NCBI GenBank assembly: GCA_964566055.1
Contig: CAZMHI010000005.1
Coordinates: 35,690 to 99,689 of the forward strand
Origin: an uncultured Rhodospirillaceae bacterium
GTDB lineage: Bacteria; Pseudomonadota; Alphaproteobacteria; Rhodospirillales; UBA2165
DNA: 64,000 nucleotides
Direction: 5' to 3'
A program made the translations under genes and the position numbers. Within the stretch, counting starts at the first letter, position 1; the number at the start of each line of letters is the position of its first letter. The notes below the pieces were generated by a model. That model saw nothing but the letters and a program-made list of their open reading frames with translations. It was not told the origin of the DNA and ran no database searches. Of the stretch, positions 25,894 through 34,510 are shown piece after piece.

Positions 25894-26868
25894 CTATTCA
25901 CCCAAAGTATCTGGCCAAGCAGGTGCATCACTGCGCTCAGCCACTCGAAGCCGGGCGGAACGTGCCCGGGGATTTTCAGCAGCTTCATCCTTTCCAGGTT
26001 TAATGGCGCCGCGCTTCACCAAAGTGAAGCTCGGGACCGGCGCCGTGTCGGGGTTATCGGGCAAATGGCGGGAACCGCGCCCGATCGCCCCACCATGTTC
26101 ATGGAGGAAGGATTTCACTTTACGGTCTTCCAGCGAGTGGAAGGAAACAACGGCCAAGCGGCCGCCGGGACTGAGAATTTTTTCCGCCCCTACCAAGCCG
26201 CGTTCAAGCTCACCGAGCTCGTCATTGACTTGAATACGTAGCGCCATGAAAGTCCGGGTGGCAGGATCGATGCCATCTTTGGACCGGCGCACAATGCTAT
26301 GGATAATTTCAACCAATTGAGTGGTCGATAAAATCGGATCAGTTTCTCTGGCGGCGACAATGGCGCGGGCAATTTTCCGCGCATAACGTTCTTCGCCGTA
26401 GTGATAAATTACATCGGCAATTTCTTCTTCGGGCGCTTGGTTGACAAAATCGGCTGCGGTGGGGCCATCGCCCCCCATGCGCATATCAAGGGGGCCATCA
26501 AAGCGGAAGGAAAAGCCGCGTATTGGATCATCGATTTGCGGCGAAGACACACCGAGATCAAGCGTCACGCCATCGACTTGAGCAACTCCAGCCTCGGCCA
26601 TCAAACTCGCCATATCGCCAAAGCAGCCCTCCAGCACGGTGAGGCGGCCATCATATTTATCGCTCAGTTCAGCGCCAAAGGTAATCGCCGCGGGATCGCG
26701 ATCAATGCCAAAGACTTGCGTCGCGGCGGCTTCTAAAATGGCCCGGCTGTAACCGCCTCGGCCAAAAGTGCCATCGACATAGATGCCGCCGTCACGCGGT
26801 TTAAGCGCAGCGACAACTTCCTGCATCATGACGGGAATATGTCCGGTGTCAGGTGCAGCGGCAGTCAT
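25894..26868 (-). CDS. rsmH: 16S rRNA (cytosine1402-N4)-methyltransferase
   Basis: 324 aa. Motifs are HIPVMMQEV, DGTFGRGGYS, DLGVSSPQ and SFHSLEDR. It overlaps mraZ by 4 nt. Confidence 0.95.
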   Translation of the reverse strand: MTAAAPDTGHIPVMMQEVVAALKPRDGGIYVDGTFGRGGYSRAILEAAATQVFGIDRDPAAITFGAELSDKYDGRLTVLEGCFGDMASLMAEAGVAQVDGVTLDLGVSSPQIDDPIRGFSFRFDGPLDMRMGGDGPTAADFVNQAPEEEIADVIYHYGEERYARKIARAIVAARETDPILSTTQLVEIIHSIVRRSKDGIDPATRTFMALRIQVNDELGELERGLVGAEKILSPGGRLAVVSFHSLEDRKVKSFLHEHGGAIGRGSRHLPDNPDTAPVPSFTLVKRGAIKPGKDEAAENPRARSARLRVAERSDAPAWPDTLGE

Positions 26869-27347
26869 GAACCATCCCCCTCATCGGAGCGAAGACGAAG
26901 TGTCGCACCCCTCGACCGGGCGCGTTCAAAGGCTTCGGCATTGTGGGTTTCGTAAGCGGCGGGTTGCCAAATTTGAAACCGGGTGCCACGGCCAACAAAA
27001 ACGGCTTCAGAGGATAGGCCGGCATAGTCAATAAGCTCTTCCGGGAATTGGACCCGGCCTTCAGTGTCGTAAGCCAGCTGATGAGAATTTTCCAGCAAGG
27101 TCGTGGCGAGGTCATCCTGCTCATCGGAAAACAACTCAAGATCATCAAGACTTTCAATAACACGTTTGATAAACGCTTCACCGCAACCTTCAATGGCGGG
27201 ATATTTGAAGGAACGATATACATAGATACCGGAGAAATCAGTTTTCTTGGCGGCGGGCAAGGAAAGGGCGTCGCGAAACGGTTTAGGTACCGATACACGC
27301 CCCTTTTTATCAATCTTATTGATATGCCTGCCGATTAACGCAGCCAT
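26865..27347 (-). CDS. mraZ: Transcriptional regulator MraZ
   Basis: It shows the duplicated MraZ motif DKKGRVSVP and DTEGRVQFP. I prefer the ATG at 27347 (AGGCGG lies about 6 nt upstream). The ORF track starts 6 codons earlier at a GTG at 27365. Confidence 0.9.
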   Translation of the reverse strand: MAALIGRHINKIDKKGRVSVPKPFRDALSLPAAKKTDFSGIYVYRSFKYPAIEGCGEAFIKRVIESLDDLELFSDEQDDLATTLLENSHQLAYDTEGRVQFPEELIDYAGLSSEAVFVGRGTRFQIWQPAAYETHNAEAFERARSRGATLRLRSDEGDGS

Positions 27348-27475
27348 TTTTTCCCGCCTCAACACATTTTGACGGTGAGTTTCTAAAGCTTTCTAAATGA
27401 GGTCCCGTCCCCCAGAAAACCTAAATAATTAGTGTTCAACCGTCATTTTAACACCCATCCAAAACACCACTACAA

Positions 27476-27540
27476 ATGGGCTTATTTGGGATACCATGGG
27501 ATTTAATGGGCGTCAATGGGATAACGTGCCGTATTATGGG
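27476..27540. promoter_or_regulatory. Array of six 10-bp-phased (A/T)TGGG boxes; probable MraZ operator in the dcw promoter region
   Basis: The pentamers are ATGGG 27476-27480, TTGGG 27486-27490, ATGGG 27496-27500, 27506-27510 and 27516-27520. The 27526-27530 slot is degenerate (GTGCC), and ATGGG follows at 27536-27540. The array lies 129-193 bp upstream of the mraZ ATG. TGGGN direct repeats with 10-bp periodicity are the described E. coli MraZ site. Confidence 0.65.
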
Positions 27541-27723
27541 TTAAGAAAGTCTTTCCAGACACGCTTTTGCTCCCAGAATTCCCCAACGATCCCTCGACTG
27601 GAAAGCAGTTCTAGACGCAAATTTGGGCGGAAATAGGGACACAGAATGGCCTAATTGTGTTAAGGAGCCATGAAACGATTAATTTTAAAAAGGTCTCCTG
27701 GGAGAGATAAATTTAATGAGCCG

Positions 27724-28665
27724 TTAAATCGTCTCAGAGAAATACTCGATGGTTTTCTCGAGGCCTTGCTCTAACTGCACGGTCGGCTGCCAGTCGAGCT
27801 TTTCCTTGGCCAAGCTGATATCCGGACATCGTTGCAAGGGATCGTCCTCCGGCAAGGGCTCGTAAATCAATTCAGATTTTGCACCGGTCATTTTAACCAC
27901 AAGCTCTGCCAATTGCAGGATTGTAAATTCGCCGGGATTGCCGAGATTAACCGGCCCTGTCACCTCGTCAGGTGAACCCATCAGCCGCACAAACCCGTCC
28001 ACTAAATCATCGACATAGCAGAATGAGCGGGTCTGACTGCCATCACCATATATGGTAATCGGCTCACCACGCAGCGCCTGAACAATAAAATTTGAAACCA
28101 CCCGGCCATCATCCGGGCGCATCCGCGGCCCATAGGTATTAAAAATCCGGGCAACTTTAATTCTTAAACTGTGCTGACGGTAATAATCAAAAAACAGGGT
28201 CTCGGCGCAGCGCTTGCCTTCATCGTAACAGGCCCGCGGACCGATCGGATTGACGTTACCACGATAATCTTCGCTTTGCGGATGAACCGTGGGATCGCCG
28301 TAAACTTCACTAGTGGAGGATTGAAAAATCTTAGCCCCGGTGCGTTTGGCCAGTCCGAGCATATTTATCGCACCATGTACGCTGGTCTTGGTGGTCTGCA
28401 CAGGATCATATTGATAATGAATGGGCGAAGCCGGACAGGCGAGGTTATAAATTTCATCCACTTCAACATAGAGTGGAAATGTCACATCATGGCGCATTAA
28501 CTCAAAATTTGTATGATCCAGCAGCGGTGCAATATTATCCTTGGTACCGGTAAAGTAGTTATCGAGACAAATAACATCGTGACCAGCTTTAACAAGAAAT
28601 TCGCTTAAATGAGAGCCAATAAAGCCAGCGCCGCCAGTGATCAAAATTCGCTTACGAAGTGCCAT
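27724..28665 (-). CDS. uxs: UDP-glucuronate decarboxylase (UDP-xylose synthase), extended SDR family
   Basis: 313 aa. Motifs are [22 protein letters not shown] and the catalytic YDEGKR. The overall pattern matches the UXS/ArnA-decarboxylase family. Confidence 0.8.
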   Translation of the reverse strand: MALRKRILITGGAGFIGSHLSEFLVKAGHDVICLDNYFTGTKDNIAPLLDHTNFELMRHDVTFPLYVEVDEIYNLACPASPIHYQYDPVQTTKTSVHGAINMLGLAKRTGAKIFQSSTSEVYGDPTVHPQSEDYRGNVNPIGPRACYDEGKRCAETLFFDYYRQHSLRIKVARIFNTYGPRMRPDDGRVVSNFIVQALRGEPITIYGDGSQTRSFCYVDDLVDGFVRLMGSPDEVTGPVNLGNPGEFTILQLAELVVKMTGAKSELIYEPLPEDDPLQRCPDISLAKEKLDWQPTVQLEQGLEKTIEYFSETI

Positions 28666-28892
28666 TAATGCTCCATGATGTAGTTACATTTCAGAAATAT
28701 CGTTTCAATAATATTAATGCCGGGGGACACTACCATTGAAATTCCGATCTGGTAAGAAAATATTCGTATCAGGTTTATTTCAGTTTATACTCACATTAAG
28801 GGAATAGCGGTTTATAGTTAATTAAGTGTTTTTCGGTATAAAAATCGCTTAATTGGGCGAATTGTGCCCACAAATTTATCCAGTGATGAGAA

Positions 28893-30173
28893 ATGGCTGA
28901 TACTTCGTCCGTAATCACCTCCGTGTCGGAACGGCGAACACCGGAAAGTTCGCTGCTTGATCATGTTGAACGGGTCGCTCATTCAAGGAGCGGGCGCTTC
29001 GCCGTGCAGGTACATTTATCGAAGCTGCGTCCGCATAATCGCCAGCCCCATCACGTTCGAATTGCCGCACGGAGTTTCGATTCGGTTTTAAACTCTGCGG
29101 AATCAAATCTCTATGTCATGACATCAAATGACCTGGTTCTCATCTGCAAAGACGTCCGGATTGATGACATCGACATCGTGATCGAAAAATTACGCTCTTT
29201 GTTCCGGAACGATCCGTTGGCAGCTGGCGGCAAGGGCTCGGCCCGCGATAAATTTACCTCGTGGTATGATTTTGAAGACGATTACGATTCCTTTCTCCAA
29301 CTGGTTCTGGAAATGTCAGAATACCAGAGCGACATGATTGGTCTGGGTGAAGATGCGTCCGCCGGACGAGGTCTCGGCACCGGTTTCTTGGGCGAGGCTC
29401 TTGATCCTTTCAGTCTGGCTAAAGTTAACGATTCCCTTAATCGCACCCGGGTTCAAGATATGATCCAGCAGCAGCCGGCGGTCATTATCGGCGCCGATGG
29501 CACGGAGCGCATATTATTTCAGGAAAACTATCTTTCCATTGCTCAATTGCAGCAGCGCGTGGCACCCGGCTATAATCTGGTTTCCAACCAATGGCTATTT
29601 CAGCATTTAACTCAAACAGTGGATCGCCGTATTCTGTCTGCACTTATCCGGGACGATTACGCCACTCTCGAAGATGCCATCAGCATTAATTTAAATATCA
29701 GCACATTGTTGTCGAAGGACTTCCAGCGGTTTGATGAAGTGGTAGCGGAATTTACCGGTAAGGTCGTCATTGAAATGCAGCAAATTGACGTATTTTCCGA
29801 TCTTGATAATTATCTTTATACCAGATCCTGGCTAAAGGATCGCGGCTATCGGATTTTACTCGACGGTTTAAATCCGATGTCCTTGCATTATTTTGATCCG
29901 GGTCTGTTAGATGCGGATTATTACAAGGTAGGCTGGGGTATAGAGTTTACTGAAACTGAATCGATTGAAGATCATGCTGATATTGGCGAAGTCGTCGACA
30001 AAATCGGTCCTGATCGCTTTATCCTGGCGCGCACGGAAACAGAAGATGCCCTACGTTGGGCACTGACATTGGGCATTCGACGCTTTCAAGGCTACTTCAT
30101 CGACGATTTGGTTCAGCGCCAGATTGAAAAAGAGGGCCAGTTGGCAGGCACTCAAGACAAGGTGGTGCATTAA
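28893..30173 (+). CDS. Hypothetical cytoplasmic protein: degenerate GGDEF-like N-domain plus catalytically degenerate EAL-like C-domain (paralogue 1)
   Basis: 426 aa. The N-terminus AVQVHLSKLRPHNRQPHHVRIAARSF...YVMTSNDLVLI lines up by eye with the GGDEF-domain pattern xDiDhFKxiNDxxGHxxGDxxL...RxGGDEFxxl. The C-terminus ISINLN, VVIEMQ, GYRILLDGL, YYKVGW, ILARTET and RRFQGYF lines up with the EAL blocks vNlS, lEitE, iAlDDFG, lKiD, AEGVE and QGy. This is a manual alignment only. Confidence 0.55.
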   Translation: MADTSSVITSVSERRTPESSLLDHVERVAHSRSGRFAVQVHLSKLRPHNRQPHHVRIAARSFDSVLNSAESNLYVMTSNDLVLICKDVRIDDIDIVIEKLRSLFRNDPLAAGGKGSARDKFTSWYDFEDDYDSFLQLVLEMSEYQSDMIGLGEDASAGRGLGTGFLGEALDPFSLAKVNDSLNRTRVQDMIQQQPAVIIGADGTERILFQENYLSIAQLQQRVAPGYNLVSNQWLFQHLTQTVDRRILSALIRDDYATLEDAISINLNISTLLSKDFQRFDEVVAEFTGKVVIEMQQIDVFSDLDNYLYTRSWLKDRGYRILLDGLNPMSLHYFDPGLLDADYYKVGWGIEFTETESIEDHADIGEVVDKIGPDRFILARTETEDALRWALTLGIRRFQGYFIDDLVQRQIEKEGQLAGTQDKVVH

Positions 30174-30176
30174 GTT

Positions 30177-31460
30177 ATGGCGACACCTCCAGCAACTCAA
30201 CAGCGCATACCGAGCCAGGAAAACCTGCTGTTGGATTATATCCACCGGCTTGAATCTCACAAAGAAGACCGGCGGGCGGTTCACATTCACCTCTCGGCGC
30301 TTAAGGCGCAAAACCGGCGGGAACATCATGTTCGGCTGGCAGCCAATACTTTTGATCCCTTGATCAAAATGCTGGAAGGTCAACTCTTCACTCTTAGCAA
30401 CAGTGATCTGTTTTTCATCTATAAAGGTAATGCTCAAAGCGACGTCGAAACTTCAATGCTTAAACTGAGGTTTTTGTTCAGCGATGACCCCTTGATGTCC
30501 GGTGCCGATGAAGGCGATAACGCGAAGTTTCGTACCTATTACGATATTGAGCAGGATTACGAAACCATCCTCGCCCTGGTGCGCAAACTCGTGCATGAAG
30601 AAAGCAGTGAAAAAGCGGCTGACGAAGAAACAGCAGACCCAAAAGCTGCCCTGCAGGCGAAGCAGTCAAAGGGAGAGCCGCTAACCCCGCGGGTACTGGG
30701 CCGGGTCGAGCAGGCGCTCCAACGGGCGGATATTTCCAACATGGTGCGGCGCCAGTTTATCTGTGCGCTTATCGGTCAGGCGGCGCCGCAGCCGCTGTTC
30801 AGCGAACTCTTTATTTCAATCGCCGATCTCCGCGAAACTCTGATGCCAGGTGTTAATGTTAGCGCTAGTCCGTGGTTGTTCCAGCACCTGACGGAAACCC
30901 TCGATCGGCGGATGTTGTCAATGCTGAGCAAAACAAACGATAACTCAATCACCGGCGAGATCAGCATCAACCTTAACGTATCAACCCTGCTGTCGCCTGA
31001 ATTTATGCAATTTGATGATGCTGTGATTGCCTCAATGCGTGGCTCGGTTGTTATTGAATTGCAGAAAATAGATATATTTTCAGATATAAATGCGTTTTTG
31101 TTTGCCCGCGAATTCGCCAAGGATCGCGGTTATCGAATTTGTATTGATGGCCTGGCTTACGACACGATTAATTTTATTAATCGGGAGAAACTGGGCGCCG
31201 ATATGGTGAAGCTAATTTGGGATCAGGAACTGGTCGACACAATCGGCAAGAAAAAGACCTCAGATATCGTGTCCGAAATAGGTAGCTCGCGACTTATTCT
31301 CTGCCGTTGTGATGACAATCAAGCAGTCGAGTTCGGCCAATCGGTCGGCATCAGCATGTTCCAGGGCCGCCATATCGAAAATCTAATCGCTGAAGAAAAT
31401 CGCCGCCGCGAGATCGAAATGGCTAAACGCCGCTCACAGAATTTGGACTTTATTGACTAA
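30177..31460 (+). CDS. Hypothetical cytoplasmic protein: degenerate GGDEF-like plus EAL-like domains (paralogue 2 of 28893..30173)
   Basis: 427 aa. Its ATG lies 3 nt after the paralogue-1 stop. Blocks shared with paralogue 1 are HLSxL..NR..HHVR(I/L)AA..F, WLFQHLT(Q/E)TxDRRxLS, ISINLN(I/V)STLLS, VVIE(M/L)Q(Q/K)ID(V/I)FSD, KDRGYRI and FQG. Confidence 0.55.
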   Translation: MATPPATQQRIPSQENLLLDYIHRLESHKEDRRAVHIHLSALKAQNRREHHVRLAANTFDPLIKMLEGQLFTLSNSDLFFIYKGNAQSDVETSMLKLRFLFSDDPLMSGADEGDNAKFRTYYDIEQDYETILALVRKLVHEESSEKAADEETADPKAALQAKQSKGEPLTPRVLGRVEQALQRADISNMVRRQFICALIGQAAPQPLFSELFISIADLRETLMPGVNVSASPWLFQHLTETLDRRMLSMLSKTNDNSITGEISINLNVSTLLSPEFMQFDDAVIASMRGSVVIELQKIDIFSDINAFLFAREFAKDRGYRICIDGLAYDTINFINREKLGADMVKLIWDQELVDTIGKKKTSDIVSEIGSSRLILCRCDDNQAVEFGQSVGISMFQGRHIENLIAEENRRREIEMAKRRSQNLDFID

Positions 31461-31501
31461 TCCGGGATCGTTACAGCTAAGAATATGGGGGAAGTCAGCC
31501 A

Positions 31502-32191
31502 ATGTTAGACTTTATCAGCCGCACAAAATTCCTGACGCTGCTTACGGCGCTATGTATGGGTCTATCCGCCTGCGCCAGCGGACCCAAAGTACCGACCTCC
31601 GAAGCTTTGGTAACAGAGGCTGTTGAGACTCTGAACATCCTCAAAAATCGCAAAGATTTAGATGGTTTTAACGCCCAACTAAAGAAAGCTGCTGGTGTCG
31701 CGATCTTTCCCTCTGTCTATAAAGCTGGCTTTTTTGTCGGCGCCGAGGGCGGCAATGGTTTGATGATCGGACGGGACGTCAAAGGTAATTGGGGATACCC
31801 AGCCTTTTATACGCTAGCTTCTGCCAGTTGGGGTCTCCAATTCGGTGGTCAAAAATCAGGCGTAGTTTTTATCATCCGGAGGCCCGGTGCAGTTGAAGCG
31901 CTGATGAAGCACCAAGGTAAAGTATCCGCCGATGCAAATGTAGCGGCTGGGAAAATCGGCACGGGGCTTGAAGCTTCTGTCACTTCAAATCTTGGACCGG
32001 ATATTATTGCCTATAGTGATGCGAAAGGTCTATTCGCAGGCGCTTCACTTGAAGGCTCGGCGATGGTGCGACGCAATGATCTGAACTCAGAATATTACGG
32101 CGGTAAAGTCGAGCCGCGCGCCATTCTCATCGATTTCACACACCAGAACCCGCAAGCCGATGCACTGCGCCGCAGCCTCGGTTTTCAATAA
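31502..32191 (+). CDS. Lipoprotein with a SYLF/Ysc84-like (DUF500) domain
   Basis: 229 aa with a signal peptide and lipobox (LCMGLSAC). The Gly-rich repeats GFFVGAEGGNGLMIGRD...ASWGLQFGGQKSGVVFI...GASLEGSAM are typical of the SYLF family as I remember it. It lies 41 nt downstream of the preceding gene on the same strand. Confidence 0.7.
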   Translation: MLDFISRTKFLTLLTALCMGLSACASGPKVPTSEALVTEAVETLNILKNRKDLDGFNAQLKKAAGVAIFPSVYKAGFFVGAEGGNGLMIGRDVKGNWGYPAFYTLASASWGLQFGGQKSGVVFIIRRPGAVEALMKHQGKVSADANVAAGKIGTGLEASVTSNLGPDIIAYSDAKGLFAGASLEGSAMVRRNDLNSEYYGGKVEPRAILIDFTHQNPQADALRRSLGFQ

Positions 32192-32223
32192 ACCATCATC
32201 AATTTCTCGAAGGTTAATTATCT

Positions 32224-32248
32224 AAGCTTGGCCTCAGAGCTTTTTTTT
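32224..32248 (+). terminator. Weak hairpin plus T8 run after the lipoprotein gene
   Basis: AAGCT (32224-32228), a 9-nt loop and AGCTT (32238-32242) run into TTTTTTTT (32241-32248). The stem is short but the T-run is long. Confidence 0.45.
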
Positions 32249-32292
32249 GGCACATAAGGGATAAATTCCGCCACAATAATTGCCAAACATTT

Positions 32293-34035
32293 TTGAGAAT
32301 GGTCAGCGTCGAAATGAGCCCATCAAACACACCTGTCGATAATGAAAATACTGTGATAGACGACAGTGCGCCTCGCGATTTTATTCGTGATATCGTTCAT
32401 GAGGATTTGAGCGCTGGACGCTATCCTTCGGTCGTTACCCGCTTTCCACCTGAGCCCAACGGCTACCTGCATATAGGTCATGCAAAATCAATTTGCTTGA
32501 ATTTCGGTATCGCTGATGATTTTGATGGTCGCTGCCATTTGCGCTTTGACGACACCAATCCGACCAAGGAAGAACAGGAATATATCGATGCCATTCAGGA
32601 AGACGTGCGCTGGCTCGGCTTCGATTGGGGTGAGCATCTGTATTACACGTCAGATTATTTCGAGCAGCTTTATGACTGGGCGGAGGATTTGATTGCGAAA
32701 GGCCACGCTTATGTTGACGATCTTTCGGCGGATGAAATCCGTGAGCACCGCGGCACTTTGACGGAACCCGGAACCAACAGCCCGTACCGGGACCGCACTT
32801 CTAACGAGAATCTTGATTTGTTTCGCCAGATGCGGGCTGGTGAGTTTGAGAATGGCGCCAAAGTATTACGGGCTAAAATCGATATGTCTTCCGGTAATAT
32901 TAATCTGCGTGATCCGGTGATCTACCGCATCATGCATGCCGAGCACCCGCGTACCGGCTCCGCCTGGTGTATTTATCCCAATTACGATTTTGCCCATGGC
33001 CAATCTGATGCGATTGAAAATATCACTCATTCGATTTGCACTTTGGAATTCGAAGACCATCGCCCGCTCTATGACTGGCTAATCGAACATCTGCCGGTGC
33101 CTTCCGAGCCCCATCAATATGAGTTCGCCCGGCTCAATTTAACCTATACGGTTTTGTCAAAACGCCTGCTCATGCAATTAGTCAGCGAAGGGCATGTGGC
33201 TGGCTGGGATGATCCCCGCATGCCGACCATTAGCGGCTACCGGCGGCGCGGCTATCCGGCTGCCGCCATCCGTGACTTTGCCGGCCGCATCGGTGTCTCA
33301 AAAGCCAATGCCACGGTCGAAGTACAAGCTCTCGAAGCTTGCGTGCGCGAGAATTTAAATGAACACGCCGAACGGCGCATGGCCGTGCTTAAGCCATTGA
33401 AAGTGGTGATAGAGAACTACCCCGAGGATCAAACCGAGGAACTTGAGGCCATTAACAATCCGAATGATGAAACTGCCGGCTCCCGTAAAGTACCGTTTTC
33501 AAAAGAGTTCTATATTGAGCGGGATGACTTTATGGAAGACCCGCCGAAAAAGTTTTTCCGCCTGGCACCTGGCCGGGAAGTCCGATTGCGCTACGCTTAT
33601 TTTGTCACCTGCACCGAGGCGATTAAGGATGCAAGGGGTGAGGTGACCGAGCTTCGCTGCACTTATGACCCAGAAACCAAGGGTGGCAATGCGCCGGATG
33701 GCCGCAAAGTTAAGGCTACACTTCACTGGGTTTCAGCCGAACACGCCATTAACGCCGAAATCCGCGAGTATGAGCATTTGTTTACGGCTGAAAATCCCGG
33801 TGCTGAGGGTGAGTTTCTAGACGACATCAATCCCGACTCATTAACGGTATTAGAAAACTGCAAGCTGGAACCCTCTCTGCAGGATGCTAGCGAAGGTGAA
33901 ACCGTGCAGTTTGAGCGCGTCGGCTATTTCTGTTTAGATACAGATGCGACGGCTGAGAAAATGATCTTTAATAAAACAATCGGTCTTCGGGATACTTGGG
34001 CAAAAACTCAAGCCAAAGGCCAACAAAACAAGTAG
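32293..34035 (+). CDS. glnS: Glutamine--tRNA ligase
   Basis: About 575 aa. Motifs are [17 protein letters not shown] (HIGH) and YTVLSKR (KMSKS-type). The C-terminal anticodon-binding region ends FERVGYFC. The start is ambiguous: TTG 32293, ATG 32299 or ATG 32314. Confidence 0.93.
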   Translation: MRMVSVEMSPSNTPVDNENTVIDDSAPRDFIRDIVHEDLSAGRYPSVVTRFPPEPNGYLHIGHAKSICLNFGIADDFDGRCHLRFDDTNPTKEEQEYIDAIQEDVRWLGFDWGEHLYYTSDYFEQLYDWAEDLIAKGHAYVDDLSADEIREHRGTLTEPGTNSPYRDRTSNENLDLFRQMRAGEFENGAKVLRAKIDMSSGNINLRDPVIYRIMHAEHPRTGSAWCIYPNYDFAHGQSDAIENITHSICTLEFEDHRPLYDWLIEHLPVPSEPHQYEFARLNLTYTVLSKRLLMQLVSEGHVAGWDDPRMPTISGYRRRGYPAAAIRDFAGRIGVSKANATVEVQALEACVRENLNEHAERRMAVLKPLKVVIENYPEDQTEELEAINNPNDETAGSRKVPFSKEFYIERDDFMEDPPKKFFRLAPGREVRLRYAYFVTCTEAIKDARGEVTELRCTYDPETKGGNAPDGRKVKATLHWVSAEHAINAEIREYEHLFTAENPGAEGEFLDDINPDSLTVLENCKLEPSLQDASEGETVQFERVGYFCLDTDATAEKMIFNKTIGLRDTWAKTQAKGQQNK

Positions 34036-34056
34036 TTAATAAAGGGGAGAATTTAA

Positions 34057-34482
34057 ATGGCAAAAAAAATCGAACATTTGCAATGGCCGGATGCGCCGGA
34101 TATGTGGATGCCTTATGCACCGGCAATTAAAGTCACCGGCGGCTCAACCATCTATTGCGCGGGCGTAACAGCAGCGCCGGTTTATCATCATCACCCGCAT
34201 CGTCCGGAAGAATTTGACGCCATGCCGGACGACATGGAAGGCCAGGCCCGTGCCGTAATGGAAAATCTAAGAAGAGGTTTGGAGGCAGCTGGCGCAACCT
34301 TTGCTGACGTCATTGTCTGCGACCGTTTTCTGACAGATATGGAACAGCAGGACGACTTAAATAAAGTCTGGAACGAATACTTCACCGATCACAGTCCGGC
34401 TTCGACAACGGTTCAGATCGTGCGTCTCGCGACCGATCCCCGCTGCCTATTGGAGGTTAATGCGATAGCGGTTATCGACTAG
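34057..34482 (+). CDS. RidA/YjgF/TdcF-family (endoribonuclease L-PSP fold) protein
   Basis: 141 aa. It shows the family pattern ...IYCAGVTA...QARAVMENLRRGLEAAGATFADVI...FLTDM...PASTTVQIVRL...LLEVNAIAV. Confidence 0.75.
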   Translation: MAKKIEHLQWPDAPDMWMPYAPAIKVTGGSTIYCAGVTAAPVYHHHPHRPEEFDAMPDDMEGQARAVMENLRRGLEAAGATFADVIVCDRFLTDMEQQDDLNKVWNEYFTDHSPASTTVQIVRLATDPRCLLEVNAIAVID

Positions 34483-34510
34483 ATTTACGCCTTTAATTTT
34501 TCTACAAAAG

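Noticed and set aside
27551-27605. An 8-bp inverted repeat, CTTTCCAG ... CTGGAAAG, with a spacer of about 40 nt just upstream of the TGGG array.
   Set aside because: The spacer is long and no T-run follows on either strand. It could be a weak uxs 3' structure, but the evidence is too thin to call a terminator or operator. Coordinates are approximate.
27670-27774. A 34-codon plus-strand ORF ([34 protein letters not shown]) preceded by a perfect AAGGAG, in the uxs-mraZ intergenic region and running antisense into the uxs 3' end.
   Set aside because: The AAGGAG sits only 2 nt from the ATG, which is too close for a functional SD. The ORF overlaps the uxs 3' end antisense and has no recognisable features, so it is probably fortuitous. 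Ribo-seq could revisit this.
28666-28892. Short motifs in the AT-rich divergent uxs / paralogue-1 intergenic region: GTTTATA x2, the TTAATTAA palindrome and AATT-GGGCG-AATT.
   Set aside because: All are 8 bp or shorter in about 30% GC DNA, where such matches are expected by chance. I could not tie them to any known consensus such as the CtrA TTAA-N7-TTAA site or the DnaA box.
34057-34482. Inclusion of the RidA-family gene in the Rieske/GS-like catabolic module, as an imine-quenching step.
   Set aside because: A strong rho-independent terminator (34511-34542) separates it from the Rieske gene, and it sits 21 nt after glnS. It more likely belongs to the glnS transcription unit.
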